This document shows, piece by piece, positions 31,851-44,886 of a stretch of 64,000 bases of DNA. The position numbers were made by a program, and so were the translations under genes. The DNA comes from the human T2T-CHM13v2.0 reference genome, Homo sapiens. The DNA lies in NCBI RefSeq assembly GCF_009914755.1, contig NC_060934.1. The stretch is one strand, 5' to 3'. Every line of letters begins with the position of its first letter. Within the stretch, counting starts at the first letter, position 1. Below the pieces are notes generated by a model. That model ran no database searches. It was given only the letters and a program-made list of their open reading frames with translations, and was not told where the DNA came from.

Positions 31851-33405
31851 CATTAATTCTCAATAAAATAAGGTAGATGAGATGTTACTGTATTTGATCT
31901 CAAATATTTTCTTGGAAATCTGAAGTAAAAACATACTACTCTTACAAGTCGGCAAGTTTATGTCAGTACAATTCATTCACTTTGGAAATGAGGAAATAGC
32001 ATAATAATAAACAATTTTTAAGACGCGAAACATGTAAGAGGGGAATAAATAATAGTGCATTATTCAGTCCTTCAACCATATATTAAGCATGCATGAGGAA
32101 ATTTCATTAAAACCTGAACTTGGTCAATACTGTGCAAAATTTGAAGTGAGCTACATCTATATCATACTAAGTAATATTCAATAGAATTCTGAATTCTCTT
32201 AATCTATATTGTTTCATTCTTTTTACATCATCTGGAAAATAAGCAACACACAAGGCAAGTTTTTTAAAGGATATTCTGTTTTCATTTCTACTTATGATGA
32301 AACACTGTGCTTTGTTCAATGGTAAAAAATCAAGACCATGTTCTTTGATTTTAAAAAATGCCCAGGCAATGATTTCCTGGTTCTGGATTTTAGGCACATA
32401 AATATGTGCATTAAAATATTCTATAAATAACCTGAAAATGGAAGAAGTTAAACACAACATTTGAAGTTATGAATTCATAGCCTTTATAAGCTTTATATAT
32501 TATATACATTTCAACCCTGCCAAATTCCTTTACTCTGATATGCTGGGTTTACAAACTATTAAAGTCTAGTGACATTAATGTGAGACTTCCCTAACCTCAC
32601 CATGTCTTCCATTATGAAATTGTCGTTCTAGATGCATTACTGCTTACTCGAACCTTTCTCACTTCCCTAAAAGCTTTTGCTAAGGGTGAGATTTCCATGT
32701 TGCTCCAAACAATTATTTAACCTCAAGTGATTAAACTAAACTAAAGTATCTACCATATTTGATATGAGATGAAGGGACAAGAGAATATTGTAAATAATAT
32801 TGATAAAAAGACATACGACTTCAAGTGGTTTCCTAAAGGGTCAAGATATAAATGTATTTATGGTAAAATGTGAAAACCTTTATACAGGACAATAAAGAAA
32901 GAAAACAAGCTCATGATTTAAAATAATTAATTATTTACAGGTGATTCCCTCATTTACTTTACTTTGCAATTCTAGCTTTCATTTTAAAAATTAGGGCAGT
33001 ATAGACAGCAGCTGTATAAACTCATTGCCTGTAAATATCCTCTTACTTCTTTTTTGCCCTTTTGGCTATGGAAAATAAAATTACATGTACTAAAAATGTT
33101 TTGTGGAGCTAGAAATAAAGCATAATCTATGTTAATCAATAAAATATAAATGATTATTTAGTAATTATTTCTTGTTTATTAAAATGAACAAAAATTCAAG
33201 ACCCAACAAAACAGCTAAATGTTTAAACGATAGGTTATTTAGTGAAAGTATGTCCAAAAGGATTTTCTGGGAAAAACGATTAATTGATAACAATGTGAGT
33301 GCAAATCTGTCTCTTAAAATTTTAAAGCATATTGTTCAAAGTTTTAGCTTGTGTGCATGATATAAATTCCATACATTGTTTTCTCAGTGACAATAAAAAG
33401 CACAG

Positions 33406-33411
33406 TTTATT
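33406..33411 (-). terminator. PCDH15: Proximal polyadenylation signal candidate for CD3
   Basis: AATAAA 45 nt after the CD3 stop. Another lies at 33175-33180. Confidence 0.45.
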
Positions 33412-33456
33412 AAAAATGTAAGTAAAAATTAATTAAAATATCTTTTAAAAAATTGG

Positions 33457-34008
33457 TCACAGTTTTGTCATTGGTATATGGAGGTTGTTCCAGGGGCCCA
33501 TCCAAAGCTCTTCATCATCAGACGGTGTGTGGTCACTATGAAATTCCAAAGCCTCCTTGATGTTCTTACTGTCAATCATGGACTCCTGTTCAACTGTGCT
33601 TTTCAGCCTGTTCCTTAGTGGCTTCACCGCTGTATTGTCAGTCCCCACAGGGCAAGGGGCAAATGTAACCAGAGTTGGTCTTGCATTCATTTTTTCAGTA
33701 GAAAATGGCCCCTTTGATAATGTGTTCAGAGGTACATTCTCCTCATGTGTCACTGCCAACTTGTCTAGTTTCTTAAAGGGCCCTCCCAGTCGAACAGGGG
33801 AAGCAACTTTTAAGTTGTCCGTGAGGCAGGCACGGCGGGTTCTCACCACAGAACCATTCTGTGCAATATATATATTGCCGTTGATATTACTGTGGATACT
33901 AGGATGGTGAAGACGGTTTCTCTGACATTCAGGAGCACTGTCTTCTCCAGTTGAGCTGGTTTCATACTCTCGATCAACAACTAACTTGATCATTCTTTTT
34001 CTTGCCCA
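33457..34008 (-). CDS. PCDH15: PCDH15 CD3 alternative terminal exon, coding part (WARKRMIKLVVDREYE...HIPMTKL)
   Basis: ORF 33457-33993 extended to the acceptor ttttatcag|TGGGCAAGA at 34010-34009. 552 nt, ending in PDZ-binding MTKL. Confidence 0.96.
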   Translation of the reverse strand, partial: WARKRMIKLVVDREYETSSTGEDSAPECQRNRLHHPSIHSNINGNIYIAQNGSVVRTRRACLTDNLKVASPVRLGGPFKKLDKLAVTHEENVPLNTLSKGPFSTEKMNARPTLVTFAPCPVGTDNTAVKPLRNRLKSTVEQESMIDSKNIKEALEFHSDHTPSDDEELWMGPWNNLHIPMTKL

Positions 34009-35164
34009 CTGATAAAATAAACAAAAATATGTGAGTCACTATCAAATAAATTAAAAAGGCAATGATTACATTGCCTGTGAAATCCAAAACAATGACATTT
34101 AGAAAGCTGTCAAAGGTAAATCACTCAAGAGAGATAGAAGGAAGCCAGTCTTTATTAACATACATTTCCTTTCATCAATCCTTTATTGGCTTTAGATCTT
34201 TCTTATTAATGTTTGAAAAATGTATTGTTGAGTTGGAAAGCAGACATTTCAGGAAACACATGTATTCTTTTAGATCAAATTACTGATCCACATGGAAAAA
34301 AATGTATTACTTTTATTTAAGGAGCTGATCCACTATTTGACAGCTGCTCTACTATTCAGGAAAGTTAAATTGAAAGGAATGAACAGCTTTAGTATATTCT
34401 GTTCATATTAACGCTTCTATTCCCAATATTTAAAAAATATTTTTAAACCACATCATTCTAATTTTTAATGTATTCTCTAGTTAGCGAAAACTTTTGTATA
34501 ATTTAATGCATTTTGTATAATTTAAGCATTTATTTACTTGACTTTACTTATTTACTTGATGTATAATTTAATGCATTTATTTACTTGACATATCCTGGTT
34601 TTCTGGGTTGTCCCATTTAGATATACTAACTTAAAAGGAAATATCTTCTCAGCCTGCATCATTTACCTAGTAATACACAAAACTGAAAGCTAATTATTAT
34701 ACTAAACTTTCCTTTTGTAAGCAACTGGACATTTTCACAAATTCATTTGACTTTTACCAATCAACATTAAAAATAGCAAGAAGCAAGGGTTAAGCAATAC
34801 TGTGTTTTTCTCAAAATAGTATCGCATTTTTGGAATATGTGAACTATCAACACATTGCATGCATTCTCATTTTCAGAACTATATTTCAAAATTATAGTTT
34901 ATTTACCTAGAAAAAATTTTATGCCTGTTACATTTATTTTTAAATCCACTGTAGCTAATAATAACAGAAAATAAGCTGTAATAACTTTTAATTAATTGAA
35001 AAATGTTATTTCATTGAATTCCTAATACTTGAAGTTGCAGATACAAACTTACTTATTTGAACATGTTTATGATAGTTTTTATAATACCTTTGCCAGTTGA
35101 AACGTACATATATGCAAAAGTAGACGACTGTTAAAGATATAATTTGTTGAAGCTTGTCTTAGTA

Positions 35165-35170
35165 TTTATT
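35165..35170 (-). terminator. PCDH15: Candidate polyadenylation signal of CD2 transcripts
   Basis: AATAAA on the minus strand about 400 nt after the CD2 stop. Usage is not demonstrable from sequence. Confidence 0.45.
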
Positions 35171-35197
35171 TTGAAAGATGATATAAAAACATATATA

Positions 35198-35231
<34 letters not shown>
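35198..35231. repeat. (TG)n(TA)n microsatellite in the CD2 3' UTR
   Basis: Direct reading. Confidence 0.88.
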
Positions 35232-35569
35232 GCCATCCATTCCAATAGACAGAGTGTCACTGATAATACATAATGCCACATTGCATTAACAAAAATCCTA
35301 CCAGTAAATATTAAATATTGATTAGCTGATTGCATGTGTTCTGATTTACTAATATAGGAAGGATTAGTCAGTTTTACTCTAATACAGTCTAATATACAAA
35401 TGGATTTGGACAACATATATATTCACTTTTCTGGCATGCTTCTGATCATAAGTCATATCAAAATCTTGATCAATTTCCTCCCTTTCAAGTGTCACTTTGG
35501 AGAACACACAGAAGGCACTGCACACGAGAGCACTCATCACAGCAAAACTTCCACCTACTGTGATCTCTT

Positions 35570-36424
35570 TCAAAGTGCTGTGTTGTAACCTTCAGAGTTT
35601 GCTCCTGGCGACTTCTTTTGGTTTGCATTCTTGCTTCTGTCATACGCTGGTACCTGATAGCCCCATGGACCTCCAGACTGACTTTCGCTACTACTGCTAC
35701 TACTACCTGATTCTGATTCCTCCTCACTTTCCACACCTCCTTCCACCGAAGCTGATTCTGCACTGCCCTCTTCAGGGATATCTTGAGCTTCAGGGTCTGT
35801 ACTTTCTTCCACAGGGGCTGGTCCACTTTCTTCTTCTTCTGAGTGTTCTTCTTCTTCCATCTTAGGTTCTTTTTGTTCTTCTTGTGGCTCCTCTTTCCTA
35901 CCCTTGACTTCCTTGACCTCCTCAACCATGGGCCTTCTTCTTGCAAGCACAATGTTTTTCCTTGCTTTTTCTCCTTCTGACTCTGTGGATTCCGATTCTT
36001 CTGATTCAGGGGTGGAACTCTCCTCCTCCTCAGAGGGTGTCTCTGACTCAGATTCCTCTTCTGTAGTCTCAGACTCACTGAACTCAGACTCTTCTTCACT
36101 GTATTCAGTATAGTCGCTGGAGGATTCCTCCTCTGATTCTACAGTGCTTTCTGTTGCTTCCTCTTGGTCCAGAGTGAGTTTCAAATAATCTTTATCTTCT
36201 TCCTCAAGGCGTCTCTGCCACTCTTCACCCTCAAGGTCAACGATTCCTCTTTTATCAGCTAATCCTCTAACTTTCTTAAAAATCATGGGGAATATTCTGG
36301 CTCTCTTCCATGTTGTGTATGTAGGCTCAGCTGCTGGTGGTTTTTCGATAGTTACAACTACTTCTTCCTCCTCACTAGGCTCTCTAATTTCAACCTTTGG
36401 TTTTTTAATTTTCTTTGGCTCTTC
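35570..36424 (-). CDS. PCDH15: PCDH15 CD2 alternative terminal exon, coding part (acidic Glu/Ser-rich tail ending NTAL)
   Basis: ORF 35570-36490; acceptor cacaattttcag|GAAGAGCCA at 36426-36425. Recognisable CD2 sequence. Confidence 0.96.
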   Translation of the reverse strand, partial: EEPKKIKKPKVEIREPSEEEEVVVTIEKPPAAEPTYTTWKRARIFPMIFKKVRGLADKRGIVDLEGEEWQRRLEEEDKDYLKLTLDQEEATESTVESEEESSSDYTEYSEEESEFSESETTEEESESETPSEEEESSTPESEESESTESEGEKARKNIVLARRRPMVEEVKEVKGRKEEPQEEQKEPKMEEEEHSEEEESGPAPVEESTDPEAQDIPEEGSAESASVEGGVESEEESESGSSSSSSESQSGGPWGYQVPAYDRSKNANQKKSPGANSEGYNTAL

Positions 36425-37433
36425 CTGAAAATTGTGAAAATGCAATTGAAGTGTCAGCTTGGAGATAGCTATGGTATGACCTTGTCCCACGAAAGCTACG
36501 CAGGAATGAATCTGTGGGTGATAGCTTCATGCATGTTATATAACTGGCTTAAGAAAATAATCACAAAAATTTCTACTGCATATAGACAGAAGGTGATTAA
36601 GAGAAAGTAAATTATTTTATTTTAGCTTGTACTTTACAATACCCAAATATATTAATTTCCTTCTTGTTACTCAACGTTTAATTTTCCTCTTAGATCAAAT
36701 AAAAAAGAAAGAATTATTGTCTCTTCCTTCCTTCCTTCTTCTGTCACTAGACTTAGGTTAATAGCTTTCTGTATTCCCTTGAACTAAATTTTCAAGAATT
36801 TTCAATAATCACGAAAATATGACGATTTATCTCATTTTATGAGAAATCTATTTTATGAAATTTTGCACATGTTAAAGCCACAGTGACATTTATTTCTTGT
36901 TAGTGTTGTTTTTGTATAAATTTGCCAAGTAAATAGTGAAGACAAAGTATAAGAATTTTATAGAAATGAGTCATGCTAATTTAAACATAAATTACATTAT
37001 TCCTTGAAAATTATTTGTGGAAATAATTTACTTTTCTCTGATAATTGAAAGGTGGAGACTATATTTTTTCATGACTTTTAGTTTTGCTAGATAATGTGGG
37101 AGCAAAAGTAACCTTTGTATTGCAGAACTTTAAAATATATTTGCTTATAATATCTTTATGGAGCAAGATTTAGAATTTTAGAAAACATAATTTTCATTGT
37201 GCCCTTTCCAAATGTTTAACACTTTTAGAAGGAAATAAATTAAATGATCAAGAATTAATTTTCCTCCAAAGACAAGGCAATGAAACGGTCAGCACTGTGA
37301 AATTTCTATGGGAAATACGTACTAAGTGAAAGGAATTTCTAAAAGCTGAAATGTTCTACAGCCGCTAGTCACGTAGGGTTAAACAATATTTTTCTTGGAA
37401 TATTATCTTACATAATAAAATTACAGTAATTAC

Positions 37434-37542
37434 CTCTTCCTCCTCATATTCTTCCTCAGCTTCACCAACCACCTCACCATATTCCTCCTGTCCAGCTGGT
37501 GGTAACAATCGACGGCGACTCCCATATTGAGGCATTTCATAC
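37434..37542 (-). CDS. PCDH15: PCDH15 109-nt exon shared by CD2 and CD3: YEMPQYGSRRRLLPPAGQEEYGEVVGEAEEEYEEEE
   Basis: tattacag|GTATGAAATG...GAAGAG|gtaatt, phase 2 to 0, in frame with both the CD2 and CD3 acceptors. Confidence 0.95.
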
Positions 37543-38426
37543 CTGTAATATAAACTTACATCTTTAAACAGTTTGTCATGTGATTTCTGTAGAATCTACC
37601 ATGAGTGATCTGTTTCCTTCTTTTTCTTCCGCCATTCAATCGACAGATATTTACACAGCACCTATCAGGCTCCTTGTAAACTAGTTACAAAACTATAGAG
37701 TAAGAACTGCTACCTGATGACCAGTGATTTTTGCCATAATGGTACCCTGGAATAACAATAAAGAGAGTTGAGTTATTTCAGATACTCGTTTTTGGAGAAA
37801 CTAGAACGAGAAAAAAGCCATATTGTGTCTTAACTAGCTGAAGAATCCAGAACACAAAATAGATACTTTGGAACAGTGTAATGGCTCATTCACCACATTA
37901 AATCTGTATGTTGGTAGCAAGAAGTTGCTTCAAACATGGTCTGTAATGGTTTTCACAATTTCTTCAGTATTTTTTTTGAAAGTGGTTAATTTATATGTGT
38001 ACAAGTGACTTTTGAGACACTTATCAGTGGATTCTAAGGTGTGTTTTCTGTTTCCTAACTGCTCTTGGGCAAAACTTTAAACTGATTAGATAAAACATTA
38101 ACATCTTATATGAAAGAAATGGTGAATTTAGGAATTGAGCAAATATGTTTCACATCTATTTCCCATATAAATAATTTTGAATAATTTTACCGCATTTCTA
38201 GAATTGCAATCGATATCAATGTAAAATATCAATATGGAACTCAATATAGAAAAATGGTTAAAACTTGGTTAAAAATAAAGCTAGATATACTATTCATTTT
38301 CAAGTATTATACTAGTGAGATCGACATGACATTAAAAACAAATTCTAGTAATAATAATCATTTAATAATTTCCTATTAATAAAATATTAAAATAAGAATC
38401 TGAATTTTAAAAATCTGAAGATGTAC

Positions 38427-38497
38427 CCATGCTCATAACTGTAATAATCTTGTCCATATTCCTGGCCAGGATCAATTCCAGACTCCATGGATAATTC
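38427..38497 (-). CDS. PCDH15: PCDH15 71-nt cassette exon: ELSMESGIDPGQEYGQDYYSYEH(G)
   Basis: tttttctttttgaacaatag|GAATTATCC...CATGG|gtacat, phase 0 to 2. It continues in frame into the YEMPQ exon. Confidence 0.88.
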
Positions 38498-39014
38498 CTA
38501 TTGTTCAAAAAGAAAAATTGCATTTGAAAACGAATTCTTATCACGTTTCAGGTCAAAGTCAGATTTCTACACCTAGAATTCCATGATTCTCAAAACATTC
38601 CTGCCAAAATAACTTTAAATACAAGTGTCAGTTAAAGCAATTAAAATTACTCTATTTAAAAGTGTTAGTCAAATCTATTCATTTTTTTCTGGCTGTAACC
38701 ATTTGATACAAAATAAGGTTATATAATTTGACCTGAAGAGGAAAAAGTAATTTTTTTCTAATGGCAAACCTGTTAAAACTTGCAGATGAGCATTTTCACT
38801 TGTTTTTGGATGTCTTTTAAAATTATCAATCAATAGTTAATATTTAACTCAATTTTAAGTTAAATTATTAAGTGATGTTGGCCTTAAGAAAAATTATAAC
38901 ACTATCTACAGCATTTTTTTTCATCTCCCCACTAACAGTTTTCTAGTACCCAGTATTCTTCTATTCATTGAAACTGTTCTGATAAAGTCATCTGAGAACA
39001 AGAATTTAAGTTAA

Positions 39015-39390
<376 letters not shown>

Positions 39391-39799
39391 TCTAAATTTA
39401 AGGTTTTTAAAGGAAAAAAAGAATTTGTTAGAATAGAGGTCCTTTTAATATTTCCAGTTCTAAACTCTAAACATACTGATTGATTTCTGTCAAACTCTAC
39501 TTATAGAAAGATGTTTTTCTTGAGATATACATGTGAAAACGGTTTCTGATAACTATCAAATGCAATTTCTCTACATTTCCCTTTTAAATTCTACTTTAAC
39601 ATGTTAAGCAGGTTAAATGACAAAGGTTAACCAAATTCATTTCGCAATGGAATACGAGAAGAGAGGGGGGAAAAGGATAGGTACTCACATGAAAATAGAT
39701 TGGTACATATTTCTATCATCTATTATTTATAAAAATTTAATTTTGTTGATCCAGGAATAGTAATGAGTCAGGAAATAAAAAGCCCTCCTCTGAGGGCAC

Positions 39800-40205
39800 A
39801 AATATGTCATTTGCGAAGTGTGGAAATTTACAGCCTGCATGATTGATATGGATAAAGACCCTCAGTTGTGCTTGGTGTGGCCAACATCATTTTAAAAAAT
39901 TGAATTCATTACTAACAGTGCTAATCAGAAAATGACACCAACACTGTGGATGTTGGTTTCTCTTGAAAAATAAAAAGATGGAAACACTAGGATCATATTT
40001 TTACATTCCAATAATCTAGTTGGCTAGATTAATTTTTACAGCAAGCATGTCCTCTCCTGTTTATGACAGTATCCCCAACGACACTTTTCTACATTCATAC
40101 CCTAGTCACTATGAAATCTGTCATCTGCTATTGCTTTGTGTCTAATAAACTCCATTCACTTACATTACTACCCTAGATCCTGTAGGTATTGACGCTTGCA
40201 TTACT
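39800..40205 (+). mobile_element. MER102-like hAT remnant
   Basis: ttctcttgaaaaataaaaagatggaaacactagg ... cctgtaggtattga. Confidence 0.5.
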
Positions 40206-40279
40206 TCTTCTATCTTATAATTTTGCCGTTTACAAATACTTTGTGAACCTACTCTAAAGGAATCCAATTTTGATGTTAA

Positions 40280-40850
40280 AACTAGTATAGTTTATTCACC
40301 AGAATAACTAATATTTAGACAAACCCACGATGAACAATACTATGTATTTGCAGGGACACAGAAGAGCTAAAACTCTCATCTAAGTCTGGAGAGATTATTA
40401 CTTGGTAAAACTTTTTAGAATATGTTTGGCAATAGTACTAAATTAAATATAACCATTTCTTCTTTCACAGAACTTAAATTTGTAGTTAAATACCCAACAG
40501 AAACATGTACACTTGTGAGAAAACACATTATTCGTAACAGTCCCAAATTGGAAACAATGCAAAAGTCCATGAGATAAACACGCTACCACATCGCACAACA
40601 ACATAAATGAATCTCCCAAACAGAATGTTGAGCAATATAGGTCAGGTACCAACGAAATATATTATATCATTCTATTTATATAAATTTCAAGAACTGACTA
40701 AAGAATATGTTACAGGCCAGAAGGAAAACTGATATCTAGGTGTTGACATAGAAGAGCTTGAGGGGCATGTGCACTCTGTAAAAATTCATCTAGTTATACA
40801 GTATGGTTTATACTTTTCTTATGGGCGTAGGTTTTATTTCAACAAAAATA
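40280..40850 (+). mobile_element. Old L1M 3' end fragment
   Basis: ttattcgtaacagtcccaaattggaaacaa and terminal ttttatttcaacaaaaa. Confidence 0.6.
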
Positions 40851-41560
40851 TATTTATTATAGGAAGGTTGAAGTGTGGGGGAAGGAATGAGGTTAAGAAA
40901 GACCTGGAAGAAACTGAGACAAAAAGTCTAGATTTAAGTTATTTCAAACTAAGTACTTTGTAAAAACGTTTCCTGGAGGTAAGCTAAGAATTTTAGGGTA
41001 TGTAAAACTCAGTGTAATGACACTGGTTTAAATGAAGCAAATAGGTCTCAGAACTAATATTTTCAAACTGCTTGACCAATGCACGTTTAATTAAATACAT
41101 ACAGATACTGAGAAAATAACTTCAAACAGTTTTGAAGTAGACTTTTAACAACATTAGGTAATAGTAAGAAACACGAAATAAAAATTTCAAGTAAATATTT
41201 ATGGAGAAATAATGCAACTGAGTGGATTTTGGATTTTAGAAGTCAGCATCAAAGAATTTTCTTTACATAAATACTTTTTCTTCATTAAGGGAAAATAACG
41301 CTCAGCTCTTGCTAGCTACAATGCATATGGCATCAATTGCATTAAAAATGTAATAAGAAGTATAGAAGGGATGCGGATAGGAACCCAGGAAACTCAGCAA
41401 GATAGCCCTTGATTCAATCAGTCACTCTGTATTTCTGAGTTGAGTAAAGAGGGATAGGAACTAGCAGAAGGAAATGATCTAAAAGGTCCCTCTTGGATGC
41501 TTCCACCACCCATGAATGAAGAGCAGAGCCATCAGTCGTTAAAAAAAAATTTGAGGAAAG

Positions 41561-41894
<334 letters not shown>

Positions 41895-43115
41895 TCAACC
41901 TCAACCAACAAGGGAATGCTGGCCCTTTTTGTTGTTCCACACAGTCCCAGTAGACTGTAACAACCCCTTAGTTGATGAATTCTAGATTTTAGAAAAGTAT
42001 GCAAAGTAACACACTAGTGATTTTCTTGGGTAGATCAAACACTTAATGTAATTTTTAATATTCATTTTTGCTGTCCACACAGGGAAAACATAGAATTAAC
42101 TTAATATTTAATTATTATAAACATTTATACTGATGCAAAACAAAAACAACAACAATAATTGTAATTTACTGAATTTCTTCCTGTTACATTCCAGTTGTTG
42201 AGCTAGGAACTTACACATTTATTAGATATTACTGCTAACATTTTATAGAAGATGAAATTGATGTTCAGCAGATGTGTATCTTGACTAAGGTCTTGCATAA
42301 AGTCATTGGTGTTTGGATTTCAACCCTGAGTTTTCCAATTCAAATTTTATGGAGCCCTCTCCATGGAAATTTTTGCTAAAACCTTATAAAAGTTTAATAT
42401 TCCTGCCACACAACCTCCAGATTTTGGAGAGTAGATTCTAACCAAGAAATGCCTCTTTTTAGCAAAGACAGAATTCTGTACTCAAGGAAAAGGAATAAAA
42501 TTTTTGTAAGTGGAGCTTATGAAATACTAAATTTGCCGTAAAATTAAAAGTAGGATGTCTGTGTTTTTATTTTTAATTACATATATAAACATAATAAGTA
42601 AATACAATAATATATATTTATTATACAAAAAATATCTTTTTCACATTGCAGAAGAAAATGCCATAGGCAATTGGTAATATATGTGTCCAAAAGAAGTATT
42701 TTGAATCACATAAAATGATATTTAAGTACAGATATCAGCATTCTGTCTTTAAACTTTGCATAATCTAAATCTGATGTCAGGAATGGATAGATGAATTCAG
42801 ATTGATTAAGACAAGTAACTGCTGATCGGGTTCATTAATTGCTTCATTCAATGAATGGCCCGTATTTATTAGGAATAATGGGCTTGTCTCATTCCCAGAG
42901 AATGAGGCTAAAAATTTGGAAGTTGAGCTACCAGCAACTTCAGGAGGTGATTTCTTGGTTTCTTTTTTTTGAAGTTATTTTGAAAGACTCTTTTCTTTTC
43001 CTTTAAAATTATGCCACATTGGCAGACACCCACTCTGCCTACAAGAATTAATACAATAGATCTTAAAGTCACAGTGAAGGCTCAGTGAGGTTGAAAAGAA
43101 AATGAAAATTGATAC

Positions 43116-43154
43116 CTCTGGTTTAAGAAGAGAGGGCCTCAGCAGTTGCTGTTG
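43116..43154 (-). CDS. PCDH15: PCDH15 39-nt cassette exon: QQQLLRPSLLKPE
   Basis: ttttaatttcctttgacag|CAACAGCAACTG...CCAGAG|gtatca, phase 0 to 0. Confidence 0.82.
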
Positions 43155-44352
43155 CTGTCAAAGGAAATTAAAATAGAAAAAGATTTAGAAAATAATTCAG
43201 ATGGGAAAGGTAGATCATGATTGAGAAGAGAGGAAAAAAAGGCGACAGTTTAAAACGTGTTTCCTTGGGATTATTCATTATTCATGTGTTAGCTACCAAA
43301 AGCATTAAATATTTTAACTAATTCTTTATATTGGAACATAAAATAAGAATTCATTTGTTATGTTTTAATTTCATCATTCTTTTAGTTAATGACAAATTTA
43401 ATAGCCTTAATAAACAGGAATCTATACAGATTTTTGTTTTGTTAAGCTCCACAGTACAAAGAGTTATTTATGTTTCTAAAAGTACTGTGTGTCATATAAT
43501 TACTTTTATCAAGTTTAACCTTGTTTTAAGTTGCCCTTCTTTTTTTCCTTCCCAATCACATTAAATGTGATAAGATTCATTGGGAAGAAGAGCAGAACAC
43601 ACAAAACGATAAAGTTGTAATGTATCTATCAACATATTGAAGACATGCTCTCCATTTCTTCTTCTTACCAAAGTGTGGATTTCTTGCACTAAAACATTAA
43701 GTGTGTTTTCAGAATGATTAGGAAAGTCATTAATTATCAGATTTGGTAGGAATTGCTTCCTGCCTCTTCCTTCTTTCACTTGTATTTATTTAAAGCTAAT
43801 ACAGTCACCATTGATCTGTTTCATAATAATACACACTTTAACCAGATAAAAACAAGATACACAATTCAAATTTTGGGGTTAGTAACTCTTTGGAGGGAAA
43901 ACAGCATATTAAACTAAGTATTGGAAAAGTGGGTAGTGAGGTTCTGGGAGGTAATTCCATCATTGAACCCACTGTTTAAACTGGCTAGTAGAACAACCAT
44001 TTGACTGAAGGGATATCCTTTTTATAATACAGTTGTTGGTGAGTTATTTTACTTATAATGAATTCTAAACTACAATCCAATTAGGTCGTATACTTCTCTT
44101 GATTGAGAAGCTGTATGCTAAATCAAACTAGGTTCGCAGTGACTTCATTGGTAACATCACCTGCAGTACAGCTGGCCAAATACTACTGGCCAGAATGCCC
44201 AGTAAGTTCTCTGCAGACAGAATCAAATGAACACAGTAGAAAACCCAGAGCTTTCTAACATTCTGATTATTTTTAAAATCTTTAGGATCTCAAGCTTTAA
44301 CCTAGTGATAGGATGGCGCCTTGAACTGGTAAAAAGATCAAAAGTTAAGTAG

Positions 44353-44554
<202 letters not shown>

Positions 44555-44867
44555 TAAATTATATGTATAGCCTTAGACAAATAAATTTTGGGGAAATGTC
44601 AGAATACTGAGTAATAGTAATGCAGAACAAAATACATGTATCCTTAAAAAGGTAAGCAAGTGATCTTTGACCATTGAATAAGAGATTTAAAACCTTAAAA
44701 CAGGGAAGCAACATATATAAAAGAAAATAAATAGCATAACATACTAATATGTTTTTGCTGAAATCAAAGAAAATAAACTAGTTCAAAAGAATGTACATTA
44801 GTCTTGCCTATTACACAAGTATTTTCCTAGTATGCTTGTTACGACATCAACACCATAAAGCCCTTAC

Positions 44868-44886
44868 CTCTGATCCATAACCTCTC
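44868..44886 (-). CDS. PCDH15: PCDH15 19-nt microexon: (x)RGYGSE
   Basis: ttatttctgccttgcag|GAGAGGTTATGGATCAGAG|gtaagg. Strong sites, phase 2 to 0. Confidence 0.8.

Noticed and set aside
35485-36099. 204-aa Lys/Arg-rich ORF overlapping CD2 in the +1 frame
   Set aside because: Non-ATG start, expected from GAA/GAG-rich codons, and cut off from the spliced shifted frame by the stop at 36360-36358.
36425-36490. N-terminal extensions of the CD2 ORF (and of CD1 at 50232-50269)
   Set aside because: Intronic sequence upstream of clear acceptors that happens to lack stops.
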